Part shown: positions 9,387 to 17,620 of the stretch, in pieces
Numbering within the stretch: the stretch's first letter is position 1
Layout of the letters: each line of letters starts with the position of its first letter
From: Pseudomonadota bacterium
Lineage (GTDB): Bacteria; Pseudomonadota; Gammaproteobacteria; JAADHS01
Assembly (NCBI GenBank): GCA_021821045.1
Contig: JAKACW010000015.1
Coordinates: 4,713 to 68,712 of the forward strand
Reading direction: 5' to 3'
Length of the DNA: 64,000 nucleotides
The notes under the pieces: model-generated
Seen by the model: only the letters and a program-made list of their open reading frames with translations
What the model was told of the DNA's origin: nothing
Databases searched by the model: none
Program-made: the position numbers and the translations under genes

Positions 9387-11987
9387 GTGACCGCATTGCT
9401 CGCATCCACATTGCGCCGTGTCGCCATCGCCGTTGTTGTGATTGCGGTGGCTGGGCTTGCCGGCTGCCTGAATCCAGGGGGTCAGTCCCCCGATCCGCTG
9501 GTGCAGGATTTCGTCGTTGCCTACGTCAAACGGCCCGTTCCCGTCGACAATCAGGGCGACCCGCAGCAACCGGACGTGCGCCGCCAACTGCGCTTCAATG
9601 CCGGGGGCGACTTGTACGTGCGCGACCGCGCCTCCATCAGCGCGACCGAGCGCAATGTAACGTTCTCAGAAACCGGCGGCTTAGGCGATGTCCGCGACGT
9701 GGAAGTGTCCTACGACGGCAGCAAGATCCTGTTCGCCATGCGCATGCCTGAGATCGAAGGCGCCGACGAGGAAGATCAGCCGAAGTGGAACATCTGGGAA
9801 TACACCGTAGCGACCGGCGCCCTAACTCGCATCATTGCCTCCGATATCACTGCTGAAGCGGGCCAAGATGTCGCGCCGCACTATCTGCCCGACGGCCGAA
9901 TACTGTTCTCATCCACTCGGCAACGCACCTCGCGCGCCATTCTGCTGGACGAAAGCAAACCGCAGTTCGCCGGCTTGACCGAGAACCGCAACGAGGAGGC
10001 ATTGGTTCTTCACGTCATGGATGCCGACGGCTCCGACATCGAGCAGGTCACATTTAATCAAAGCCACGATCTGGACCCCGTCGTGCTGAGCGACGGCCGG
10101 ATCGCATTCACCCGCTGGGACAACATGGGCAGCCGCTCCCAAATGAGCCTGTATAAATCCAACCCGGACGGCACCCAAATGCAAGTGCTCTATGGCGCCC
10201 ACAGCCACGCTACCGGCACCGACGGCGCCACCGTTCAATTCATGCAGCCGCGACTGCGCTATGACGGCAAACTCATGGCCATTCTGCGCCCGTTTACCGG
10301 CACCTACGGCGGCGGCGATTTGATTACCATCGATCAGGACAACTGGATCGATCACAATCAGGTGACCTTGACCAATCAAGGTATGCTAACCGGTTCGGGA
10401 CAAACTCGCATCGTCGATACCGACATTCGCACCGATACGGAAATCTCCCCCGGCGGTCGTTACAGCGCCGCCTATCCGCTGTGGGACGGCTCGGATCGCA
10501 TGCTGGTAAGTTGGTCGCCCTGCCGCGTGATCGAGAACGAACTCATTCGTCCTTGCACCGCGCAGCGTCTCGCCGCGGCCGACGTCGAAGAAGCACCGCC
10601 GCTGTACGGCCTCTATGTGTTGGATGTCGCCAACGGCACCCAACTGCCCATTGTCGTGCCGGAAGAAAATGTGATCTTCACCGACGTGGTGGTCGCCCAG
10701 GCACGCACCACGCCGCCGATCATCGCCGATCAGACCGAGGGCGTCGAACTCGATGCCGCGCTGGCCGGCGACGGGGTGGGGGTGATTCACATCCGTAGCG
10801 TCTATGACTTCGACGGCAGCTTCAATGCCTTGGGGGGAATGCCGGCGTCCATCGGCGCGCTGGCCGATCCGCCGCAGGCCGCTGCCGACGACAGACCGGC
10901 GCGCTTTTTGCGTTTGGTCAAAGCCGTTTCCATTCCGGAAGATGTGGACGGCACGGCCTTCGGGCGCAGCACCCAACAAGGCATGCGCGAAATTCTCGGC
11001 TACACCCGCATCGAGCCCGATGGTTCTGTGAAAGTAAAAGTGCCGGCCAACGTCGCCTTCACCATCGAAGTGCTGGACGAGAACGCCCGCCGTATCACCG
11101 CCCGTCATCAAAACTGGCTGCAGCTCAAACCGGGCGAAACATTTGAGTGCAACGGCTGCCACACCCACAACAACGGCATCCCCCATGGCCACCCCGAAGG
11201 CCCGGCGGCGTTGCACACCGGATCAGCCACCGGCGGCGTTGTCTATCCCAACACCGAGCCGACGCTGATCACCGAGATCGGCGAAACCATGGCCGAGACC
11301 CGCATGCGCATCAGTTGCCTGACCGACTGCGCCGAACTCACGCCGAGCGTCGACGCGGAGTATGTCGATGACTGGACCGATCCGAACGTCAGAGCCAAGG
11401 ATGCCGCGTTCGACTACAGCTACGCCGACCTGGACGCGACGTTTACCGCACCGGTCTCCGCTTCCTGCCAGACAACGTGGACAAGCGCCTGCCGCACGGT
11501 GATCAACTACGTCACCCATATTCAGCCGATCTGGGAACTGTCGCGCCCCGGCAATACCTTCGGCGGCAACGCGGTGGACGCCCAGTGCAACACCTGCCAC
11601 TCGCCGACCGACAACATGGCCCAGCCGCAAGTACCGGCGGCGCAACTGGATCTGCGCGGCGTTGACTCCTCCGACGAGCCGGACCACTTGGTTTCGTATC
11701 GCGAGCTGCTGTTCCCGGACAACGAGCAGGAGCTGGTTGGCGGAACCTTGCAGGATGTGCTCGTGCCCGGCGTCGATGCCGACGGCAACCCGATCCAAGT
11801 GCCCGTCGCGGCCCCCGGCCCATACCTCTCGACCGCCGGCGCCAACAGCAGCGACTTTTTCGACGTGTTCGCCCCCGGAGGCACTCACGAGAGCTTTCTG
11901 TCGCCGGCCGAATTGCGGCTGATCTCCGAGTGGGTCGATATCGGGGCCCAGTACTACAACAACCCGTTCGACGCACCGCAGAACTAA
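9387..11987 (+). CDS. Lipoprotein with TolB/PD40-like propeller, hydrazine-synthase-alpha-like middle domain and two c-type hemes
   Basis: Lipobox GLAGC. Repeats VSYDGSKILF, YLPDGRILFSSTR and VLSDGRIAFTRWD. Segment ILGYTRIEPDGSVKVKVPAN...PGETFECNGCH, then CNTCH and ELRLISEWVDIGA. Confidence 0.8.
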   Translation: MTALLASTLRRVAIAVVVIAVAGLAGCLNPGGQSPDPLVQDFVVAYVKRPVPVDNQGDPQQPDVRRQLRFNAGGDLYVRDRASISATERNVTFSETGGLGDVRDVEVSYDGSKILFAMRMPEIEGADEEDQPKWNIWEYTVATGALTRIIASDITAEAGQDVAPHYLPDGRILFSSTRQRTSRAILLDESKPQFAGLTENRNEEALVLHVMDADGSDIEQVTFNQSHDLDPVVLSDGRIAFTRWDNMGSRSQMSLYKSNPDGTQMQVLYGAHSHATGTDGATVQFMQPRLRYDGKLMAILRPFTGTYGGGDLITIDQDNWIDHNQVTLTNQGMLTGSGQTRIVDTDIRTDTEISPGGRYSAAYPLWDGSDRMLVSWSPCRVIENELIRPCTAQRLAAADVEEAPPLYGLYVLDVANGTQLPIVVPEENVIFTDVVVAQARTTPPIIADQTEGVELDAALAGDGVGVIHIRSVYDFDGSFNALGGMPASIGALADPPQAAADDRPARFLRLVKAVSIPEDVDGTAFGRSTQQGMREILGYTRIEPDGSVKVKVPANVAFTIEVLDENARRITARHQNWLQLKPGETFECNGCHTHNNGIPHGHPEGPAALHTGSATGGVVYPNTEPTLITEIGETMAETRMRISCLTDCAELTPSVDAEYVDDWTDPNVRAKDAAFDYSYADLDATFTAPVSASCQTTWTSACRTVINYVTHIQPIWELSRPGNTFGGNAVDAQCNTCHSPTDNMAQPQVPAAQLDLRGVDSSDEPDHLVSYRELLFPDNEQELVGGTLQDVLVPGVDADGNPIQVPVAAPGPYLSTAGANSSDFFDVFAPGGTHESFLSPAELRLISEWVDIGAQYYNNPFDAPQN

Positions 11988-12007
11988 CCAGGGATTGGCA
12001 CGAACCG

Positions 12008-12754
12008 ATGACTCATAGGACTGCAACACTTATCGCTGCCCTGCTCTGGCTGCTGCTTCCCGTGTTCACCGCGGCGGAGGAAGCCGACGACCGGCTGCGC
12101 ATTGCCGATCCGTTCATCGAACTGCACACCGGTCCGGGCAGCGGCTATCCCGTGTTCCATGTGGAAGAGCGCGGCAAGTTCATCCGCATCGTCTCCAGCA
12201 AGGCGGACTGGTTCAAAGTCGTTACTGATAAGAATTTGGAAGGGTGGGTTCAACAAGACCAGCTCGAACGAACGTTTACCGAAGCCGGCGAGCAGTTCAA
12301 AGCGCCGGAAGCGAGCATCGGCGATTTTTCCAAGCGGCGCTGGGAACTGGGCATGCTCGGCGGCGACTTCAACGGCGCCACCGTGTTTTCCGTGTACACG
12401 GGCTACATCTTCACGCCCAACCTCTCGGCCGAACTTATCTTCTCTCATGCCATTGGCGACTACTCCAGCAACATGCTGGGCGGCCTCGGACTGTTGGGTC
12501 AACCGTTTCCCACCTGGCGCCTCTCGCCATTTTTCACGCTGGGCGCGGGCGCCATAAAAACCGAGCCCAAACTGGCCCTGGTTCAATCGCCCGATCGCGA
12601 GGATACCTACACTTATGTAGGCGTCGGGTTCCGCAGTTACATCACGCGGCGCTTCATCTTCCGCGCCGAGTACAAGAACTACGTGGCATTCACCAGTCGT
12701 GACGACAACGAGGAAGTAGACGAATGGAAAGCTGGATTCGCGGTATTTTTCTAG
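12008..12754 (+). CDS. SH3-like domain plus outer-membrane beta-barrel protein
   Basis: Signal peptide. SH3b-like ELHTGPGSGYPV...WFKV...GWV. Amphipathic strands and C-terminal Phe (AGFAVFF). Confidence 0.75.
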   Translation: MTHRTATLIAALLWLLLPVFTAAEEADDRLRIADPFIELHTGPGSGYPVFHVEERGKFIRIVSSKADWFKVVTDKNLEGWVQQDQLERTFTEAGEQFKAPEASIGDFSKRRWELGMLGGDFNGATVFSVYTGYIFTPNLSAELIFSHAIGDYSSNMLGGLGLLGQPFPTWRLSPFFTLGAGAIKTEPKLALVQSPDREDTYTYVGVGFRSYITRRFIFRAEYKNYVAFTSRDDNEEVDEWKAGFAVFF

Positions 12755-13368
12755 GCGCCGCCCTCATCGCCCCTGTGCTCGGAGTTGCGGCGGACACCGA
12801 CGGCACGGTGACCGACCCGGTTTATACGCCGCAAGTTGAGCGCAAGGACTTTTCCCTGGCCAATATCAATGCCCAGGATTTCGAACTGACTTTATATACC
12901 GGCATCATGAGCGTGGAAGACTTCGGCAGCGACACCGTCGTCGGCGGCCGCCTCGCCTATCACGTCACCGAACGCTTCAGCGTCGAAGGCTCCTACGGCG
13001 AAACAAGCCCGGGGCGAACCAGCTACGAAGAGTTAAGCGGCTCCGCGGTTTTGCTGACCGATGAAGACCGCGAACTGAGTTACTACAACTTTCTGGTGGG
13101 CTTCGACCTATTTCCGGGCGAAGCGTTTCTCACCTCGCGTTGGGCGTTCAACTCGGCGGTCTATGTCGTCGGCGGCGTGGGCAGCACAGACTTTGCCGGT
13201 GACGACCGCTTTACGACGATCTACGGCGCGGGATTTCGTTTGGTACCGACAGATTGGCTTGTGGTGCGCTTCGACGTGCGCGACCAGTTGTACAACATCG
13301 ACCTGATCGGCCCGGAAAAAACCGCCCACAACATCGAACTCATCGCCAGCTTCGGCGTGTACTTTTAG
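12724..13368 (+). CDS. Outer-membrane beta-barrel protein (OmpA-like transmembrane type)
   Basis: Signal peptide, alternating strands, C-terminus SFGVYF. Overlaps the upstream gene by 31 nt. Confidence 0.8.
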   Translation: MESWIRGIFLGAALIAPVLGVAADTDGTVTDPVYTPQVERKDFSLANINAQDFELTLYTGIMSVEDFGSDTVVGGRLAYHVTERFSVEGSYGETSPGRTSYEELSGSAVLLTDEDRELSYYNFLVGFDLFPGEAFLTSRWAFNSAVYVVGGVGSTDFAGDDRFTTIYGAGFRLVPTDWLVVRFDVRDQLYNIDLIGPEKTAHNIELIASFGVYF

Positions 13369-13376
13369 GAGGCCTT

Positions 13377-13883
13377 ATGAACCCTCTTCATGCAAAGAGC
13401 CTGTTTGGACTGTTGCTGGCCGCGCTGCTGGCCGGCGGACCACTAACCGCCTCGGCCGGCGACGCCAAACCGGCGCCCGCCTTCACGCTACCCAATCAAC
13501 AGCAGGCGCAAGTCAGCCTGGCGGATTTCCAGGGCGATGTGGTCATGATCAATTTCTGGGCCTCCTGGTGTGCGCCGTGCCGCGAGGAAATGCCTCTGCT
13601 CAATGGTTTGTACAAAAAGTACAAAGCCCTGGGATTCACTTTGCTGGGCGTAAACATGGATGAAAACAGCAACGACGCCTACGCCATGCTTAAAGAGATT
13701 CCGGTGTCGTTTCCGGTGGTATTCGAGTCCCACGGCCGGGTCGGCAAATTGTATGGCCTCGTCGCAATGCCAAGCACCGTTTTCGTCGATCGCAAAGGCA
13801 ATATACGGTTCGCCCATGCCGGCTACGCCAAGGGCGACGAGAAGGAATACGAGAAGTACATCAAGGCGCTGGTGCGGGAGTAA
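13377..13883 (+). CDS. TlpA/ResA-family thiol-disulfide oxidoreductase
   Basis: INFWASWCAPCREEMP, signal peptide, and AGGAGG RBS before ATG 13377. Confidence 0.92.
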   Translation: MNPLHAKSLFGLLLAALLAGGPLTASAGDAKPAPAFTLPNQQQAQVSLADFQGDVVMINFWASWCAPCREEMPLLNGLYKKYKALGFTLLGVNMDENSNDAYAMLKEIPVSFPVVFESHGRVGKLYGLVAMPSTVFVDRKGNIRFAHAGYAKGDEKEYEKYIKALVRE

Positions 13884-13888
13884 GGTTC

Positions 13889-14311
13889 ATGAAGACTCAG
13901 TTTAGGCACCACCGGGGGAGCGGATCATTCCGCGATTTGATTCGGCTGTCGCAACGCATCCGAAGAAGAATCGCGGTAGGAAACCGCTCCCACAGCGACC
14001 GCAACATCCGTCGTGGCAGCGGATCATTCCGCGATGACAGACGCGCCAACATTCATTCCCTGGATAATCGCGATAAGAAATCGCTCCCACGCCTTGTTGC
14101 TCTGGCGGCCTTGACGTTACTAACAGCCGCGCTCGCCGGTTGCGCCGTCGAGCCATGGGTCAAGCCCTACGAGCGCGCCAACCTAGCCGATCCCATCATG
14201 AGTTTCGAACGCGAACCCGTCTCCGGCGGCTATCTCAATCACGTCTATCAAGCCCGCGAATCCGGTCGCGGCGCCGAGGGGGGCCAGGGCGGTGGCTGTG
14301 GCTGTAACTGA
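13889..14311 (+). CDS. DUF4266-like lipoprotein with C-terminal GGGCGCN and REP-derived N-terminal extension
   Basis: Lipobox LAGC then AVEPWVKPYERANLADPIM...GGGCGCN. Confidence 0.85.
   Translation: MKTQFRHHRGSGSFRDLIRLSQRIRRRIAVGNRSHSDRNIRRGSGSFRDDRRANIHSLDNRDKKSLPRLVALAALTLLTAALAGCAVEPWVKPYERANLADPIMSFEREPVSGGYLNHVYQARESGRGAEGGQGGGCGCN
13914..14090. repeat. Two inverted REP dimers lying in frame within the DUF4266 ORF
   Basis: Units at 13914-13936(-), 13970-13994(+), 14013-14035(-) and 14067-14090(+). Confidence 0.85.
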
Positions 14312-15566
14312 GGTGTGTTCTCATGGCAAGCAGCGATCCCTACCGGTTGGTTGTGGGAGCGAATTCCTTTCGCGATTCTTCGCCCGAGTCATTGCTTATG
14401 CCTATTCATATCGCGGTAGGAAACCGCTCCCACAACTGTTCTGTATTGCGTTGCTAGTGCTCATCGGACTTCGCGTCGCACATGCCGCGGTGCTGCCCGA
14501 AGACCGCGCCGACGCCCTTTACCACTCCTATGACGGCGGCGGGGTCGAAATCAACGGACCGTCCATTCTGGTGCGCAAGTCCATCGGCAAGAAAACATCC
14601 GTCTCCGGCAACTACTACGTCGACTCCATCAGCAGCGCGTCCATTGATGTCGTCACCACCGCCAGCCCGTATACCGAAAAGCGAGAAGAGAAGTCCGCCT
14701 CGGTCGACTATTTGCACGAAGACACCATTCTCAGCGCCGGCTACACATTGAGCGACGAGAATGACTTCACAGCCAGATCGGTCCACTTCAACTTCAGTCA
14801 GCAAACCTTCGGCGATCTGACAACCGTCAACATGGGCTACTCGCGCGGCTGGGATGAGGTAGGCACCCTCAATTCAAGTGAGTTCGATGAAACAGATCGC
14901 CAACAGTACCGTATCAGTGTGTCCCAGATTCTCAGCAAGAACAGCGTCATCAACTTCGGTTGGGAAACGGTCACCGACGAGGGCGAAAAACTCAACAATC
15001 CGTACCGGCAGGTCCGCTACGTTAATGTCGATAGCGAAAACGGTCGTGGCTACAGCTACCAACTCGAACGTTACCCACAGACGCGAACCAGCCACGCCGT
15101 ATCCATTCAAGGCAAATACTTCCTGGCCCACCGCGCCGCGCTGCATGGGGAATTTCGCTACTTTCGCGACACCTGGGGGATCACCGCCTTCAATCTGGAG
15201 TTCGGCTACACCCATCCTCTCGATGCCCGCTGGGTGTTCGATGTGAGCTACCGTTTCTATAGGCAACAGCAGGCGGATTTCTATTCGGATCTCTACCCGT
15301 TCGTGGATGCCCAGAACTACTTGGCCCGCGACAAAGAGCTCAGCACATTCAGCGATCACTCTCTCGGCCTTGGCGTCGCCTATGAGTTTACCCAGGGAAC
15401 CTGGTCGTGGATCAAAAAGGGCACGCTCAATCTCAAGTACAACTACATCCTGTTCAGTTATGACAACTTTCGCGACTTGCGAGCCGAGGGCTACGCCGTC
15501 GGCGCCGAGCCGCTTTACAGCTTCAACGCCCACGTCGTGCAAATCTTCGCATCGATTTGGTATTGA
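14292..15566 (+). CDS. DUF3570-like outer-membrane beta-barrel
   Basis: GTG start within the GGCGCN codons of the upstream gene. AVLPEDRAD..YHSYDGGG, YVDSISSASIDVVTTASPY, PQTRTS, ARDKELS, and C-terminal aromatic residues (IWY). Confidence 0.85.
   Translation: MAVAVTEVCSHGKQRSLPVGCGSEFLSRFFARVIAYAYSYRGRKPLPQLFCIALLVLIGLRVAHAAVLPEDRADALYHSYDGGGVEINGPSILVRKSIGKKTSVSGNYYVDSISSASIDVVTTASPYTEKREEKSASVDYLHEDTILSAGYTLSDENDFTARSVHFNFSQQTFGDLTTVNMGYSRGWDEVGTLNSSEFDETDRQQYRISVSQILSKNSVINFGWETVTDEGEKLNNPYRQVRYVNVDSENGRGYSYQLERYPQTRTSHAVSIQGKYFLAHRAALHGEFRYFRDTWGITAFNLEFGYTHPLDARWVFDVSYRFYRQQQADFYSDLYPFVDAQNYLARDKELSTFSDHSLGLGVAYEFTQGTWSWIKKGTLNLKYNYILFSYDNFRDLRAEGYAVGAEPLYSFNAHVVQIFASIWY
14352..14434. 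repeat. Inverted REP dimer in frame within the DUF3570 signal-peptide region
   Basis: TGTGGGAGCGAATTCCTTTCGCGAT...ATCGCGGTAGGAAACCGCTCCCACA. Confidence 0.85.
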
Positions 15567-15581
15567 GCGGGGAGCAAGCGA

Positions 15582-16328
15582 ATGAAGGGAATCAGCATGC
15601 GACACATCTACTGTGTAATCATTGGAATTCTTGCCGCCGTTCCCACCGCGTTTGCCGCGACGCCCCAGTGGGTCATCGATGGCCTGTTGATTGAGCATCC
15701 GGGCCGCATTCAGGTCGAATACCTCGGTCAGTTTCAACAAGACCCGCCGCGTTACCGCGTGAATTTCAACGGCCGCGCATTCACCATGTTTGAGGGAACC
15801 ATCGGCCCGGATTTTCACAGCGCTCAACTATGGGAGCACGCCAAGATCAATCCCGGTGATCGCGTTCTCGAAGTAGGCACCGGCATAGGCTGCCTGTCGA
15901 TTTTCGCCGCCGAAACAGCGTCCAAGGTGGTCGCCACGGACATCGAACCAATCGCGGTGGAAAACACCAAGTTCAACGCCGAGCAGCATGGTGTGGGGCA
16001 TATCGTCGATGCGCGACAAGGTGATTTGTTCGGTCCCATTTCGCCGAATGAACAATTCGATGTGATCTTTTTCAACATCATTTATCCCTACAATCAAGAG
16101 ACGCTGCACTTCTGGCGGCTTCACGAACGCTTCTTTGCCGAGGTGGGTCAGTTCCTCGCCAAAGGCGGCCGCATTTATTATCAGGCAGGCTATTTTGACA
16201 ATCTGGGCCACATACGAGAAATGGCCAGCGCGAACAACTTCGAGATCATGGAAATGAACATGTGGGCTGTGCTCCGCTATCACCGCCAGCCGATGGTGTT
16301 CATGCTCCAGCGGCAGTCTGACATCTGA
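15582..16328 (+). CDS. Class I SAM-dependent methyltransferase (HemK/MTS-like) with putative signal peptide
   Basis: VLEVGTGIG, VATDIE, GDLF, and FDVIFFNIIYPY in place of NPPY. N-terminus MRHIYCVIIGILAAVPTAFA. Confidence 0.8.
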   Translation: MKGISMRHIYCVIIGILAAVPTAFAATPQWVIDGLLIEHPGRIQVEYLGQFQQDPPRYRVNFNGRAFTMFEGTIGPDFHSAQLWEHAKINPGDRVLEVGTGIGCLSIFAAETASKVVATDIEPIAVENTKFNAEQHGVGHIVDARQGDLFGPISPNEQFDVIFFNIIYPYNQETLHFWRLHERFFAEVGQFLAKGGRIYYQAGYFDNLGHIREMASANNFEIMEMNMWAVLRYHRQPMVFMLQRQSDI

Positions 16329-16536
16329 CCGGGCAGCGATCGTTTCCCATGCAGCAGCCATGGCGTTTAACCGCTGCCCCGCTGATTCTGCCGCAACACG
16401 CCGAGCCGGACGGTTGCGGACCGGGTGCTCGCGGCGGGGTCACGAAATTAACCGACTGTTTTCGAGGCAGTTTTGCAGTGTAAAGATTGGATTGCCAACG
16501 CCGATATACGAGTTTAGTCAAGAAGGAACTACGCCC

Positions 16537-17430
16537 ATGGAACTGAACGACATCCAACAACAGATTCTCCAACCGTTCGTCATCGAAACCATCAAGACCT
16601 TAAACACCATGGCCGGGCTGAAGGCCCACGCCGGTGATGGCTTCCCCGATGACATCGAAAAATTCAAGTTTAAGGGCTATGCCGTCGTTGCCGAGACCTC
16701 GGGCAACGTGGAAGGCAAGATTCTGATGCACCACTATGTCGAAACCGCGTTGGCCATCGGCAACAAAGTTCGCTGCGCCCTGCTGGACGACGATCAAGAG
16801 TCCCCGGAAATGAACGAAGAAGTCGGCGAAGCGCTCGCCGAATTCTCCAACACCGCAATCGGCCTGGCGATGCGTCAACTGGCGGATTCCGACTTGGGCA
16901 TCAAGTTCAAACCGCCGTACTTCGTTTCAGACATTAAAGACATGACCAACTTGATGGCGGACGTGCAGGAGATCGTGTCCGTGCCCATTCACGTTGACGA
17001 TGTCGGCCGGTTTTATTTCAACTTCTTGTTGCACAAGAAGACGGGCAACAAGCAACTGCCGAACAGCGCCAAGATCATGATCGTCGATGACATGAAGATG
17101 GTGCGCAGTTCGATCAAGTCTTATCTCAAACAGTTGGGTTACGAAAACATCATCGAGGCGGTCGACGGTCAGGATGCCGTCGAAAAGCATGCCATGGAAG
17201 AGCCGGCATTCATCTTCATGGATATCGTCATGCCCAATCTCAATGGCAACGAGGCGCTGAAGGTGATTCGCGATGTCGACAAGAAAGTACCGATCGTTAT
17301 GCTGACATCGGTCTCCGACGAAAACTTGATCAAGGAATGCGAAGCGCTGGGCATCAAAGGCTATATTCTGAAGCCGCTGACCCGCGAACACGGTCCGGGC
17401 ACGCTGGGCCAAATGCTTTCCCTCGGCTAA
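16537..17430 (+). CDS. CheX/CheC-like phosphatase domain fused to a CheY-like receiver
   Basis: EALAEFSNT (ExxN). Receiver motifs IMIVDD, FMDIVMP, MLTS and ILKP. AAGGA RBS. Confidence 0.8.
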   Translation: MELNDIQQQILQPFVIETIKTLNTMAGLKAHAGDGFPDDIEKFKFKGYAVVAETSGNVEGKILMHHYVETALAIGNKVRCALLDDDQESPEMNEEVGEALAEFSNTAIGLAMRQLADSDLGIKFKPPYFVSDIKDMTNLMADVQEIVSVPIHVDDVGRFYFNFLLHKKTGNKQLPNSAKIMIVDDMKMVRSSIKSYLKQLGYENIIEAVDGQDAVEKHAMEEPAFIFMDIVMPNLNGNEALKVIRDVDKKVPIVMLTSVSDENLIKECEALGIKGYILKPLTREHGPGTLGQMLSLG

Positions 17431-17448
17431 CCACCTCCACCCGAGAAC

Positions 17449-17479
17449 AAGCCGCGCCTGAGCAGGGCGCGGCTTTTTT
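17449..17479 (+). terminator. Rho-independent terminator
   Basis: AAGCCGCGCC-tgagcag-GGCGCGGCTT followed by a T-tract. Confidence 0.85.
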
Positions 17480-17489
17480 ATGCGCAATC

Positions 17490-17617
17490 GCAGAAGCGGT
17501 ATCCTGCCACGATCAGAAGCGGCGATACCGACGAGGCCGGCGCAGAATCGCGGTAGGAAACCGCTCCCACATCAAATAAATCGCTCCGAAGCTGTGGGAG
17601 CGCATTTCTTGCGCGAT
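17490..17617. repeat. REP cluster (one degenerate and two good units)
   Basis: ATCGCGGTAGGAAACCGCTCCCACA at 17547-17571 and TGTGGGAGCGCATTTCTTGCGCGAT at 17593-17617. Confidence 0.8.
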
Positions 17618-17620
17618 TCT

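Noticed and set aside
9387..11987. Anammox hydrazine synthase operon
   Set aside because: No beta/gamma subunits or other anammox genes; the protein is a lipoprotein in a gammaproteobacterial context.
13914..14434. Repeat-spacer pattern resembling a CRISPR array
   Set aside because: Units alternate in orientation, vary in sequence and spacing, occur dispersed elsewhere, and no cas genes are present; REP-type elements fit better.
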